From assembly GCA_963675595.2 (NCBI GenBank), contig CAXXLZ010000002.1, positions 512,001-576,000 of the forward strand: a stretch of 64,000 bases of DNA, given 5' to 3'. Positions 11,122 through 21,752 of the stretch are shown in pieces. Source of the stretch: Thermodesulfobacteriota bacterium (GTDB taxonomy: Bacteria > Desulfobacterota > Desulfarculia > JACQYL01). Every line of letters begins with the position of its first letter. Positions within the stretch are counted from its first letter, which is position 1. The translations under genes and the position numbers were made by a program. The notes beneath the pieces were generated by a model, which was not told the DNA's origin, made no database searches, and worked only from the letters and a program-made list of their open reading frames with translations.

Positions 11122-11192
11122 GCCGACCCCCCCGTGGGACCGGCGGTCCGACGGGCGGAGCGGGTCGGACGACATACGAAGGAGCCTTGCCT

Positions 11193-11666
11193 ATGCGAAT
11201 CGGGATGGGATACGATAGCCACAGATTCGCAGACAATCGGAAGCTCGTTCTGGGCGGGGTGGAGATTCCCCATTCTCTCGGTCTGGCGGGCCACTCCGAT
11301 GCGGATGTTCTGATACATGCTCTTTGTGACGCGCTTCTCGGAGCGGCCGGATTGGACGATATCGGTACTCAATTCCCGGACACGGACCCGGTTCATCGGG
11401 ACCGGCCCAGCATCGAGTTCTTGAGGGCCGTTGCGGCAATGATCGAGAAGGCCGGGCTGAGAACCGTCAACGTGGACATGACGGTGGTCACCGAAGCCCC
11501 GAAACTCAGACCCCATGTGGCGGAAATAAAAAAAAACCTGGCCGAAGCCTTGGGGATCGCCCCCCAATACGTGGGCCTCAAAGCCAAGACCAATGAAAAG
11601 ATGGGATTCATCGGACGAGGAGAAGGCATGGCGGCTATGGCGGTCGCCTTGGTGGAACCTTTATAG
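11193..11666 (+). CDS. ispF: 2-C-methyl-D-erythritol 2,4-cyclodiphosphate synthase
   Basis: MRIGMGYDSH, GHSDADVLIHALCDALLGA, DIGTQFPDTD, GRGEG. Confidence 0.96.
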   Translation: MRIGMGYDSHRFADNRKLVLGGVEIPHSLGLAGHSDADVLIHALCDALLGAAGLDDIGTQFPDTDPVHRDRPSIEFLRAVAAMIEKAGLRTVNVDMTVVTEAPKLRPHVAEIKKNLAEALGIAPQYVGLKAKTNEKMGFIGRGEGMAAMAVALVEPL

Positions 11667-11755
11667 TCCTGACGCCCGACGATTGAACGGCGTTTTTAGG
11701 GAAGGATCCCCCCGAGCATTCTTCCCGCCCGGCTCAAGGAAATGAGGATGTCGCA

Positions 11756-13252
11756 ATGAAATCCGACGAAGTGCGGGTAAGATTCGCGCCCAGTCCCACG
11801 GGACTACTCCACATCGGAAATGCCCGCACGGCCCTTTTCAACCTGCTGTTCGCACGCGGACACGGCGGTAGACTGGTTTTGCGCATCGAGGATACCGATT
11901 TGGACCGCTCCGCCCAACGGTTCGCGGACGCCCAGATGGAAGACTTAAGATGGCTTGGAATCCATTGGGACGAGGGGCCGGACACTGGTGGCCCGCACGC
12001 CCCCTACCGGCAGACCGAGCGCCTGGACCTGTATCATGAGTTCCTCGATCGTTTGAAAGACTCCGACTTGGCTTATCCCTGCTACTGTTCTCCGGAGGAG
12101 CTGGAACGGGAACGAAAGGAGCAACTCTCCAGGGGTTTGCCGCCGAGATACTCGGGCAGATGTCGACGCCTTTCCGCCACGGAACGGTCCAATTTGGAGA
12201 AACGAGGCATTGTGCCGACGCTTCGATTTCGCGTGGACGAACAGTCGGTCACCTTCGACGACGCGATTCACGGACCCATCACCACGCCTCCCCATACGCT
12301 GGGTGACTTCATCGTGGTCCGGTCCACCGGGATTCCCGCTTACAATTTCGCCGTGGTGGTGGACGACATCCTCATGAGGATATCCCACGTGATACGGGGC
12401 GAAGACCACGTAAGCAACACACCGCGCCAAATTCTGCTTTACCGTTTCTTCGGAAAAGAGCCGCCCGTGTTCGCTCACCATCCGTTGATTGTGGGTAAGG
12501 ATCGCGCAAAGCTGAGCAAACGTCACGGCGCCGTTTCCGTCACCGCGTTCCGGGAGATCGGCATTCTCCCGCAAGCTTTGGCCAATTATCTGGCCTACCT
12601 GGGAGGCCATTTCCCCGATTCGAGGGAAATCTATTCCCTGGAAGAACTGGCGCGGATTTTCGATCTAGGCATGCTGGGGAGGAAAAGCGCCGCCTTTGAT
12701 CCGGACAAGCTCCACTGGTTCAACGCCCAGTACTTGCGGGACATGAGCCCTTCGGACGCCCTGGAGGCTGTGAAGCCGTTTATTGATTCGGATGTTTGTT
12801 CCATGGAGCACCAGTCCCGGGAACAACTTGAAGCCGCGGTAGCCGCCGTGCTTCCCAACGCCGCGACCTTAAAGGAACTGGCCCAATTCCTCGAACCGTT
12901 TTTGGCGCTCCGCGTGGCCTTCACGTCTGAAGCCACCGCCGCACTGGCGGAAACGGGTTCCGAAGCGGCATTGTCCGCCGTGGCGGAGGCTCTCCAAGAG
13001 ATCGAGGTTCTGGACGAAGGAAATCTGAAAAGTCTGATGAAGAACGCCCAAAAAAAATCCGGACTTAAAGGCCCTGCGTTTTATCATCCATTGAGGGCAG
13101 CCCTAACAGGCTCCATGCGGGGTCCGGAACTGGACAAGGCCTTTCTCCTTTTGGGAAAGGAGAGAATCCTGGATCGAGTCCGTGAGGGGAGAGAGTTCAT
13201 CGCGCACGGCCCTTCTCACGAAGGAGAGAAGGCCGAACAAGTCTCGGAATGA
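11756..13252 (+). CDS. gltX: Glutamate--tRNA ligase
   Basis: RFAPSPTG.LHIGN, LRIEDTD, CYC, HVIRGEDH, KLSKR, anticodon-binding domain. Confidence 0.95.
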   Translation: MKSDEVRVRFAPSPTGLLHIGNARTALFNLLFARGHGGRLVLRIEDTDLDRSAQRFADAQMEDLRWLGIHWDEGPDTGGPHAPYRQTERLDLYHEFLDRLKDSDLAYPCYCSPEELERERKEQLSRGLPPRYSGRCRRLSATERSNLEKRGIVPTLRFRVDEQSVTFDDAIHGPITTPPHTLGDFIVVRSTGIPAYNFAVVVDDILMRISHVIRGEDHVSNTPRQILLYRFFGKEPPVFAHHPLIVGKDRAKLSKRHGAVSVTAFREIGILPQALANYLAYLGGHFPDSREIYSLEELARIFDLGMLGRKSAAFDPDKLHWFNAQYLRDMSPSDALEAVKPFIDSDVCSMEHQSREQLEAAVAAVLPNAATLKELAQFLEPFLALRVAFTSEATAALAETGSEAALSAVAEALQEIEVLDEGNLKSLMKNAQKKSGLKGPAFYHPLRAALTGSMRGPELDKAFLLLGKERILDRVREGREFIAHGPSHEGEKAEQVSE

Positions 13253-13386
13253 CCTTTCCCGTATCCCGGGCGAAGACCCGGGTTTCGGCCGGGGGAAACC
13301 CTGTCCGACGGGGTTCGAGTCGCACTATCCGCGGACGATTTAAAAACGATTCCCGGTGAGAGACGACGTTCTCCCCGGGCAAGGGA

Positions 13387-14874
13387 ATGCAGATCATGCC
13401 ATTGGTCGTATACAACTCCGCATCTCGGAAAAAAGAAGTCTTCACACCCTTGCACGATAACGTGGTCAACGCCTACGTGTGCGGCATTACCGCATACGAT
13501 TACTGCCACATCGGCCACGCGCGTTCGGCGGTGGTCTTCGACGCCATTGTTCGGACGTTGCGCCATCTGGGCTTCCAGGTTCGCTACATTCGCAATTTCA
13601 CCGACGTGGACGACAAGATCATCCAGCGCGCCGATCGGGAAAACAGCACCTGCCGGGAAATTTCCCTGAAATTTATCGAAGAGTTCCGGAAGGACATGCA
13701 CGCCTTGGGAGTCCTGGACCCTGATGCGGAGCCTCTGGCCACCGAATACGTGCCCACCATGGTCGAAACGATTCGACGGTTGGAAGAAAAGGGGTTCGCG
13801 TACGAGGTGGGCGGCACCGTCTACTTCGCCGTCGATAGTTTTCCCGGCTACGGAAAGCTCTCAGGTCGCGATACGGAGGAGATGATCGCCGGTGCCCGAG
13901 TGGAAGTGGATGAGCACAAGCGGAATCCTTTAGACTTCGCCCTCTGGAAAGCGGCCAAGCCGGGAGAACCTCACTGGTCGAGTCCCTGGGGGGAAGGCAG
14001 ACCGGGCTGGCACATCGAGTGTTCCGTAATGAGTACCACAATTCTGGGTGATACCCTGGACATCCACGGCGGGGGCAAAGACCTTATCTTCCCCCACCAT
14101 GAAAACGAGGTGGCTCAGGCGGAAGCGGCCACGGGCAAGCCCTTCGTCCGATACTGGCTCCACAACGGCTTCGTGAACATCAACAAGGAAAAGATGTCCA
14201 AATCTCTGGGCAACTTCGTCATGATCCGGGAGCTTCTGGAGCGCTACCATCCCGAAACCCTTCGTCTATTCCTGCTGTCCAAACACTACCGGAGCCCACT
14301 GGACTTCACCGATGAAAACATGGCGGACGCTCAGGCCGGCCTCGAACGCATATACGGGGCGTTGCAGCGAGTTGAAGAGGCGTGCGACACCGCCGGAGAC
14401 GACAGTACCGGAGAAGCCGACCTTTCCGAAGCCGCATCGGAACTGATCGAGAGGACGGAATCCCTCGAGGCCCGATTCATGGAGGCCATGCAGGACGACT
14501 TCAACACGGCCAAAGCCGTTGGTTTCCTGTTCGACATGACCCGCGCCATGAACCGGTTGCTGGACTCCGTTCCGCTTCCTCTACCCTTCCGCGAGGCTTC
14601 CGTTCTGAGGAAAAGCGCCGAGGAAACCCTTCGTATGGCGGCAATCCTGGGACTGCTCCTCACGGGCTGGAGGACTTTTTTCCGCTTTCGGACGGACCAG
14701 GCATTAAAGGAAAAAGGATTGTCCGGAGAGGAAATCGAACGGTTGATCATCGAGCGTACCGAAGCCCGCAAGACGAAGAACTGGGCCCGCGCAGATGAAA
14801 TTCGGGACTACCTCAAGGACCGGGGAATCCTTTTGAAAGACTCGGCGGAAGGAACCAGTTGGGGAGTCGCCTGA
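13387..14874 (+). CDS. cysS: Cysteine--tRNA ligase
   Basis: [31 protein letters not shown]. Confidence 0.97.
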   Translation: MQIMPLVVYNSASRKKEVFTPLHDNVVNAYVCGITAYDYCHIGHARSAVVFDAIVRTLRHLGFQVRYIRNFTDVDDKIIQRADRENSTCREISLKFIEEFRKDMHALGVLDPDAEPLATEYVPTMVETIRRLEEKGFAYEVGGTVYFAVDSFPGYGKLSGRDTEEMIAGARVEVDEHKRNPLDFALWKAAKPGEPHWSSPWGEGRPGWHIECSVMSTTILGDTLDIHGGGKDLIFPHHENEVAQAEAATGKPFVRYWLHNGFVNINKEKMSKSLGNFVMIRELLERYHPETLRLFLLSKHYRSPLDFTDENMADAQAGLERIYGALQRVEEACDTAGDDSTGEADLSEAASELIERTESLEARFMEAMQDDFNTAKAVGFLFDMTRAMNRLLDSVPLPLPFREASVLRKSAEETLRMAAILGLLLTGWRTFFRFRTDQALKEKGLSGEEIERLIIERTEARKTKNWARADEIRDYLKDRGILLKDSAEGTSWGVA

Positions 14875-15005
14875 TCACCGCGGCGGCCGCTTAGAGGCAC
14901 GCTTGGAATTTACGTTGTTGGAGACCGCTGAAAACCGACGAAGCGTAACCCGCCCTCGGCGGACGGATCAAGTCTTTCCGCAGTGCGTGAAGGAACCTCT
15001 CCGGA

Positions 15006-17021
15006 TTGGATAAACGCCTTTTCCGCATTCATTCCGACTTCACATTGAAGGGAGACCAGCCCCGGGCCGTGGAGCAATTGGTACGTGGTCTGGAAATAGG
15101 TCTTCCGCACCAGGTATTGCTCGGCGTCACGGGATCGGGCAAGACCTTCACCATGGCCAAAGTGGTGGAAACGGTTCAGCGCCCCACGGTGGTCGTCGCC
15201 CCCAACAAGACGCTGGCGGCCCAACTGTTCGGAGAATTCAAGGAGCTGTTCCCGGAAAACGCGGTCGAATATTTCATCTCCTACTACGATTATTACCAGC
15301 CCGAAGCCTACATTCCTTCCTCCGACACCTACATCGAGAAGGACAGTCACATCAATGAGCACATCGATAAGATGCGCCATTCAGCCACCCGGTCCTTGCT
15401 GGACCGGCGGGATGTCCTTATCGTCGCCTCCGTGTCGTGCATCTACGGATTGGGCTCCCCGGAAGCCTACTACGGCATGCTGCTGCTCCTGGAACCCGGG
15501 CTGGAAATTTCCAGAGACGCGGCCATCCGCAAACTCGTGGAAATCCATTACGAACGCAACGACTACGACTTTCACCGCGGCACATTCCGAGTCCGGGGAG
15601 ACGTGGTCGAAATATTCCCCGCGTACGAAGAAGACCGGGCGCTGCGCGTGGAGTTCTTCGGCGATGAAGTAGATTCCATGAAGCTGTTCGATCCTCTCAC
15701 CGGGAGAGTGATTTCTCCGGTGGAACGAGCGGCGGTGTACCCGGCCAGCCACTATGTGACCACTCGAGATCGGCTGCTGCAGGCCATCAAGAACATCCGC
15801 GAAGAAATGAAGGAGCGTGTCGAATATTTTCGTGAGAACCACCGCCTCATCGAAGCGCAGCGCATCGAGGAGCGAACCATGTTCGACATGGAAATGATGC
15901 AGGAGCTCGGCTTCTGCCACGGCATCGAAAACTACTCCCGACATCTCACGGGTCGGAAGCCGGGCGAACCCCCTCCCACGCTGCTGGACTTCTTTCCCCG
16001 GGATTTACTGGTCATTTTGGACGAAAGCCACATCACCGTCCCTCAACTGGCCGCCATGTACCGAGGCGACCGATCCAGGAAGGAAACTCTGGTGGAGTAC
16101 GGCTTTCGATTGCCTTCCGCTCTGGACAACCGCCCCCTGAACTTCGAAGAATTTGAGGGCTTGGTTCCTCAAGTCATCCACGCCTCCGCCACTCCGGGCC
16201 CCTATGAACTTCGCAAGGCCGAAGGGCGTGTGGTGGAACAGATCATTCGACCCACGGGACTCATCGACCCGGCCATTTCGGTGCGGCCCGCACAGAACCA
16301 GGTGGACGACCTGTACGGGGAAATCCGTAAACGTGTGGAACGCAACGAACGGGTTCTGGTCACCACCCTGACCAAACGCATGGCCGAAGACCTCACCGAA
16401 TACCTCGCCAATATGGGCGTTCGAGTGAACTACATGCATTCGGACATCAACACCCTGGAGCGAATCAATTTGATCCGGGACCTACGCCTGGGGAACTTCG
16501 ACGTGCTCGTGGGAATCAACCTGCTGAGGGAAGGACTCGATCTGCCGGAAGTCACCCTGGTCGCCGTTCTGGATGCGGATAAGGAAGGATTCCTGCGCTC
16601 GGAACGCTCCCTCATTCAGACCATCGGGCGCGCCGCCCGCAACGTGGACGGGCAAGTCATCCTCTACGCGGACAGGATCACGGACTCGGTACGGCGGGCT
16701 GTGGACGAAACCGAACGCAGACGAAGTCTGCAAACCTCCTACAACGCCGAACATCACATCACGCCGGAAACCGTGCGCAAGAAGATTTCCGACGTTCTTT
16801 CCACGGTGTACGAAGCGGATTACTATACGGTCCCCGTAACCCCCGCGGCCGGGATTTCCGAAGAACAGGCCGAGTATGCCTCCCGCAGGGACCTGGAAGC
16901 CCTCATGAAGGGTCTGGAGAAGAAAATGAAGGAAGCGGCGCGTGAATTGCGATTCGAAGAGGCCGCCCAGTACCGGGACCGGCTCAAAGAGCTTCAGCGC
17001 ATGGAGCTGGACGGCCTGTGA
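15006..17021 (+). CDS. uvrB: Excinuclease ABC subunit B
   Basis: [45 protein letters not shown]-terminal UVR motif. Confidence 0.98.
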   Translation: MDKRLFRIHSDFTLKGDQPRAVEQLVRGLEIGLPHQVLLGVTGSGKTFTMAKVVETVQRPTVVVAPNKTLAAQLFGEFKELFPENAVEYFISYYDYYQPEAYIPSSDTYIEKDSHINEHIDKMRHSATRSLLDRRDVLIVASVSCIYGLGSPEAYYGMLLLLEPGLEISRDAAIRKLVEIHYERNDYDFHRGTFRVRGDVVEIFPAYEEDRALRVEFFGDEVDSMKLFDPLTGRVISPVERAAVYPASHYVTTRDRLLQAIKNIREEMKERVEYFRENHRLIEAQRIEERTMFDMEMMQELGFCHGIENYSRHLTGRKPGEPPPTLLDFFPRDLLVILDESHITVPQLAAMYRGDRSRKETLVEYGFRLPSALDNRPLNFEEFEGLVPQVIHASATPGPYELRKAEGRVVEQIIRPTGLIDPAISVRPAQNQVDDLYGEIRKRVERNERVLVTTLTKRMAEDLTEYLANMGVRVNYMHSDINTLERINLIRDLRLGNFDVLVGINLLREGLDLPEVTLVAVLDADKEGFLRSERSLIQTIGRAARNVDGQVILYADRITDSVRRAVDETERRRSLQTSYNAEHHITPETVRKKISDVLSTVYEADYYTVPVTPAAGISEEQAEYASRRDLEALMKGLEKKMKEAARELRFEEAAQYRDRLKELQRMELDGL

Positions 17022-17365
17022 ACGACCGTGTATATCTTGCCATACCGTTGAAAAATGCGATCTACGGCGTTGCGCTTCGCCCCTCGTCACTGTTGCGGTA
17101 GAGAAAACCTCCTCGATTCCCTTCCCAAGGAGTGTCCGGAGGGGAAATCGTAAGAAGACCTAAAGGGCGTTAGAACCTTTCTTGTGGTATCAAAATGAGG
17201 CGCTTGAAAGGTCCGTGAGTAGCCTCGAGTTTTGGGAGGTAATCCGGCCGCCCGACGGACTGCGATCCGCACCTGGGAATACTCAGCGGAGTTTGGGAGC
17301 CCTAAAGGAGGCGGGAGGCGGGAAACAGTCCATGGATGATATTCCGGAAAGAGCGAAAATCTCCG

Positions 17366-17671
17366 ATGACCACGGACATCCATATCCCCAAAAAGAAGAT
17401 TGCCGGGTTTTGCATAAAACGTCACATCCGGACCCTCGCAATCTTCGGATCGGCGCTGCGTTCCGATTTTCATGCCGACAGCGATATCGATGTACTGGTC
17501 GAGTTTGAGCCGGACCACATTCCCGGTCTCTTTGGAATAGCGCGCATGGAGAGGGCGCTTTCCGGTTTGTTCGGCGGCAGAAAGGTCGACCTGCGAACGC
17601 CGGAGGATTTGAGCCCCTATTTTCGCCGGAGAGTGCTCCAACAGGCGAAGGTGCAGTATGCAAAAGGATGA
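17366..17671 (+). CDS. Minimal nucleotidyltransferase (MNT) antitoxin
   Basis: [21 protein letters not shown] (GSx10DxD) and RKVDL; overlaps the start of a HEPN gene. Confidence 0.9.
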   Translation: MTTDIHIPKKKIAGFCIKRHIRTLAIFGSALRSDFHADSDIDVLVEFEPDHIPGLFGIARMERALSGLFGGRKVDLRTPEDLSPYFRRRVLQQAKVQYAKG

Positions 17672-17902
17672 CGTCATCCGCCTGCGTCATATGAGGGACG
17701 CAGCCGTTGAAGCCGTGACTTTCGCTCGGGGCCGCACGCGCTCGGACCCGACTTCGGACCGGATGTTGGTCTTGGCCCTGATCAAGGATATTGAAATCGT
17801 GGGCGAGGCCGCCTACCGTGTCTCCGAAACCACACGGAGCCGACTGTCGGACATTCGTACCTGTTCACAGGGTTGCCGGGGGACCCCTGTTCCCCCGGAC
17901 CC

Positions 17903-19287
17903 CATAAGCGCTAACTTAAGCCTTTTGTTTTGGTGAGGTTTATGGTACCGTTGCCGCCAAAGGAGGTGGCAATGGAGCGTCTCGTTTTTTCCGAGGAAAT
18001 GGAAGACTGGGAAGTTCTCCAGGGTTTTCTTCCCGATGGCTGGCAATCCAAAGCAAGGGAACTTGGTGCCGTTGTCAGATACCGTAAGTTCGTGGACGCC
18101 GAAGGTCTGTTGCGAACGCTTCTGATCCATCTGGCGGAAGGTTGCTCACTTCGGCTGACGGCGGCCAAAGCCAGGTTCGGCAACATTACGTCGATTTCCG
18201 ACGTAGCTCTCCTAAAACGACTGAATAAATGCGGAGAGTGGTTTCGGTGGATGGCCTTAGGGGTCATGGAGAAATGGTTTCGAAAGCTGCCCGCCGTTGT
18301 TTTTGGAGAGAATTCACGCATCAGGTTGATCGATGCCTCCACCATTCAAGAACCTGGAAGTACCGGAACGACTTGGAGGGTCCATTATTCCATACAATTG
18401 CCTTCGCTGCGCTGCGACGAAGTCTATGTAACAGACCCCAAGATCGGAGAATCCTTCACCAATTTCAAAGTCCATGGCGGTGAACTTCTTGTAGCGGATA
18501 GAGCCTATTGCACACCAAGAGGAATTCACCATGTCATAGACAACGGCGGCGACGTCCTGGTTCGAATGAAACACCGTGTCGCCATGGTGGACAAGCAAGG
18601 GGAACGATTCCAATTACTCCCTCATCTAAGGACGTTACGTGTAAATAAGCTTGGCGACTGGGATGCATTCGTTCCATTTGAACAACGCTTGGTTGCAGGT
18701 AGAATCTGTGCCATCAAGAAGAGCAAAGACGCCACTGAAAAAGCTCGTAAAGCGATAGAAAAAGAGGCGAGGAAAAAAGGTCGCCAAGTTACTCCGGACA
18801 CCCTCGAAGCGGCGGCCTACATATTTGTTTTCACAACATTGGGCCGTGAAATCTCGCCCTCTCAGGTCCTCGAGATGTACCGAGGTCGATGGCAAATTGA
18901 ACTCGCTTTCAAGCGTCTAAAGTCCATTCTCGGTTTAGGCCATCTTAGAAAGACCGACATCGAAGGAGCCAAGGCCTGGATCCATGGGAAACTACTGGTG
19001 GCTTTCTTAGTGGAGGCCATGATCGCCGCAGGCGAATCTTTTTTTCCCTGGGGATACCCACTCCAAAAAGAACCACCGTAGAAATCGATGCTTCTGGAGA
19101 GAGACCATGTTTATGTTACACCTGCTGAAACAAGCCGTGAACCCTAAACTCGGCTTGGCCGAATGCATTGCCGGCTGGGATAACATATCTTTTTATTTGC
19201 GAGAACCGCCAAGGAAACGAGCACTTCAGCGGCTGATTCCTCAGACGGAAAGAAGCATAGCAAACAATGCTTAAGTTAGCGCTTATG
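17903..19287 (+). mobile_element. IS4-family insertion sequence, copy 1 (1385 bp)
   Basis: Perfect 19-bp TIR CATAAGCGCTAACTTAAGC; 11-bp direct repeat CCCCCGGACCC at 17892-17902 and 19288-19298. Confidence 0.95.
17972..19081 (+). CDS. IS4-family DDE transposase (probable +1 extension to 19274)
   Basis: LIDAS, VADRAY, YRGRWQIELAFKRLK (YREK motif); AAGGAGGT RBS before ATG 17972. Confidence 0.93.
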   Translation: MERLVFSEEMEDWEVLQGFLPDGWQSKARELGAVVRYRKFVDAEGLLRTLLIHLAEGCSLRLTAAKARFGNITSISDVALLKRLNKCGEWFRWMALGVMEKWFRKLPAVVFGENSRIRLIDASTIQEPGSTGTTWRVHYSIQLPSLRCDEVYVTDPKIGESFTNFKVHGGELLVADRAYCTPRGIHHVIDNGGDVLVRMKHRVAMVDKQGERFQLLPHLRTLRVNKLGDWDAFVPFEQRLVAGRICAIKKSKDATEKARKAIEKEARKKGRQVTPDTLEAAAYIFVFTTLGREISPSQVLEMYRGRWQIELAFKRLKSILGLGHLRKTDIEGAKAWIHGKLLVAFLVEAMIAAGESFFPWGYPLQKEPP

Positions 19288-19719
19288 CCCCCGGACCCCC
19301 TTGTGCGGGCTTCGTCCCGCTGAAGCGTGACGAAGCCGAACCAGGGAATTCCTTTTCCGATTCAGGAGATGGGGGGATCGTTGGAGTTACGCGAGGAGAC
19401 CTATTTCCGCCTCAGCCTCTCCGCCGAAGGCGGCGAGGCCTGTTTGAGGAGCTTTGGATAGGGGTACGGGGGAAGACTTACTCGAAAGTCTTCCCCCGTG
19501 AATGCAAGCGAATGTTTCATAAGACGACATCATCGGCATGCGCCACCGACTTGTCCACGCCTATTTCGGCATCAATTTGGACGTCCTTTGGATGACCGTG
19601 CAACACGATCTTCCCGCCTTGGCGGTGCTTTTGGAGCCTGCCATCCCACCCGATGAAGTCCTGTGACTGCGGCCGCGACCGACCAAGATGGATTCCACGG
19701 AGCCTTCGCAGCAATTCCG

Positions 19720-20268
19720 CTATGCGGCGCCCTTCTGCAGCAGCTTTTCCACACCCCTGGGCCATTGGGCTTCTTCCACGCGCTGCATGAACGGCGAATC
19801 GTCGGCGTATCGCAAGCAACTGTTCTTCAAATCGGGACGGGCGAAAGTCCAGATCTTGAATAGCTGTTCCTCCGTAATACCCGGAAACATGCCGGTCAAC
19901 TCCGCGCGGGAAACGTGGTACTGAGCCTGGATCAACATGGTGAGTACGGTGCGGAACAGGTCTTTGAGCAGGAGGCAGGTGCCGTTCCTGCCTTCCCGAC
20001 TCAACTGGATTCCGGAAACGGCGTTTTGTCCCAACAGAGATTCTGCCAGTTCACGGGCTTCCGTGCAGAGGGGATCCGGTACGCCCGGCATTTCCAGCTC
20101 CACCTCTTTGATCTTGAGAGACGGATGATTGACCGTCATCCGGATGCGCATGTGGTGCACTTCGTCCTGCATCTCCGCTTCCACCTGAAAATGTCTGCCG
20201 CTCGGCAGCAAATAAACGGCCACATCCTGCTTTCTGTTGGTCACCAACCGACGTTCGGATCCGAGCAT
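19720..20268 (-). CDS. DUF2889-like protein
   Basis: EMQDEVHHMRIRMTV...PDPLC...GTCLLL...KNSC pattern; GGAGAAAGAGG RBS before ATG 20268. Confidence 0.65.
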   Translation of the reverse strand: MLGSERRLVTNRKQDVAVYLLPSGRHFQVEAEMQDEVHHMRIRMTVNHPSLKIKEVELEMPGVPDPLCTEARELAESLLGQNAVSGIQLSREGRNGTCLLLKDLFRTVLTMLIQAQYHVSRAELTGMFPGITEEQLFKIWTFARPDLKNSCLRYADDSPFMQRVEEAQWPRGVEKLLQKGAA

Positions 20269-20420
20269 TCCTCTTTCTCCTCTGTCATAGTCGTTCAGGA
20301 AACAAAAACTGCGCATGTGTTTACGGGACGAGAGCCGCCTTGGGCGGCTCTTTCATTCACCCGACGAAAGCGTGAAAAAAGCCTCTTCCGAGGCGCGGCG
20401 TACGTGCGGCACGACCCTTT

Positions 20421-21578
20421 TCAGGATTGCGTTTTTTTCGCTCTCTTGCAGAACTCCAGATATTGGGCCTTCAGTTCCGGGATTTTGGGCGGGCATCCGC
20501 GGATAAACGAAAAGCCGTTCTTCTTGGCCAGCTTGGCCGTGCAGTCTCCGATACCGAGGACTTGTCCCGCGCCTTCGGGCACACCCGGGAGCGCGCCCAT
20601 AACCACGTCCTTGCGGACGGACAGACCGCCGATCTTCATCACCTTCAACATGAACGGCAGATTGGACAGTGTCGGCGCATAGGCGATGGATGCGGATACC
20701 GCACACAAAGAACAGACCGTTTCGTCGAAATGAGAATAGACGTTGTTCTTGATCCACGGAGAAGGGTCGGGCCTCTTGAACGGCGTCACACATTGTTCGA
20801 TATTTTCGCCGACCACCGTGTAGTCCCCGAACTCCGGCAGATGAGGAATTTCCGATGGGGAAAATCCCATGATGCGGGCGGCGGCGTTGTCTATCGCATA
20901 GATATTCCGGGATCCGAGGATCAGATTCGTTCCCTTCTTGGTGATGCCCGGGGGAATGGGGCCGTTTCCTTCCACGGAAAGAATGCCGTCGATGAGGTTG
21001 AGGTCCGGCCGCACCGTCTCCGACAGGGCCCGGATGCAATCGTGCAGGTCCATCCTGCGATGGAAATCCTGCTTGACCTTTTTCCGGAGCAGACCCTTCT
21101 GGTTCTTGATGCACAGGGTCACCGTGGCCTGGGCGTGGGTTTTGAGCTTGGCGACGTTGATGTATTCATGGGTTTCCAGCAACTCGGGGAGATCGAGTTC
21201 GCCGTGCGCCCAGGAAAACTTTTTCCTGGGCAACTCGTCCAAACTCACCAACCGTACGCCGTAACGATCGGCAAACGAGCGGTATTTGGATTTTTCGAGC
21301 ACGTTTTCCCAGTGATCATGAACCGCGCAACCGTCTCCCACCACGATTTCGCTTCGCGGATAACGCTCTCTGAAGATGCGGACCAGGGCTTCCACAAAAG
21401 AAGGATGCGTAATATATCCGGTATTGGGGGCATAACTTCCCACCAGATTCGGCTTGATGAAAATGTTTTCTTTTTTCGGAGCGTATTCAAGATACTCCAG
21501 AATCTTGTTCAACCGATCATAGACATTCTTGTACGTGCTTCGCACCAGGGCAACCCGCGTTTCTCCGTCGTTGGACAT
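20421..21578 (-). CDS. DUF362 family protein with C-terminal Cys cluster
   Basis: IFIKPNLV, ITHPSFV, INVAKLKTH, TLCIKNQKG, IDGILSVEGNGP, AIDN; C-terminal CSLC..GDC..GCPP. Confidence 0.85.
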   Translation of the reverse strand: MSNDGETRVALVRSTYKNVYDRLNKILEYLEYAPKKENIFIKPNLVGSYAPNTGYITHPSFVEALVRIFRERYPRSEIVVGDGCAVHDHWENVLEKSKYRSFADRYGVRLVSLDELPRKKFSWAHGELDLPELLETHEYINVAKLKTHAQATVTLCIKNQKGLLRKKVKQDFHRRMDLHDCIRALSETVRPDLNLIDGILSVEGNGPIPPGITKKGTNLILGSRNIYAIDNAAARIMGFSPSEIPHLPEFGDYTVVGENIEQCVTPFKRPDPSPWIKNNVYSHFDETVCSLCAVSASIAYAPTLSNLPFMLKVMKIGGLSVRKDVVMGALPGVPEGAGQVLGIGDCTAKLAKKNGFSFIRGCPPKIPELKAQYLEFCKRAKKTQS

Positions 21579-21752
21579 GTCCTCTCCCACTCAAAACTTT
21601 CCGGATGTGATTGGGGCAAACCGAGTCGAAGCCTCGGTTGTGACGAATCGGCCATTCCACGAGTGCCTATAGTACGGCTTGCGCTGAATGAATAAAAGAG
21701 GCATTAATGACATAAAGAATGCGGAAACGGCCATACCGAAACGGAGGCATCC

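Larger units (their letters stand above)
17857..19510. repeat. Family A palindromic/MITE-like element containing IS4 copy 1
   Basis: 17857-17902 and 19288-19510 share hairpin modules and the GTGAATGC end with 22763-23079; outer boundaries approximate. Confidence 0.7.
17658..19666 (+). pseudogene. HEPN/DUF86 (HepT-like) toxin, interrupted
   Basis: 5' half [16 protein letters not shown]...IEIVGEAA...LSDI ends ~17856; 3' half DDIIGMRHRLVHAYFGINLDVLWMTVQHDLPAL (Rx4H motif) resumes at 19523, stop 19664-19666. Confidence 0.9.

Noticed and set aside
13255-13385. tRNA or T-box between gltX and cysS (GGTTCGAGTC)
   Set aside because: No cloverleaf and no T-box consensus
21612-21650. c-di-GMP-I riboswitch (GGCAAACC...GAAG...GG)
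   Set aside because: Lacks the GAAA tetraloop and the GACGCAAAG segment
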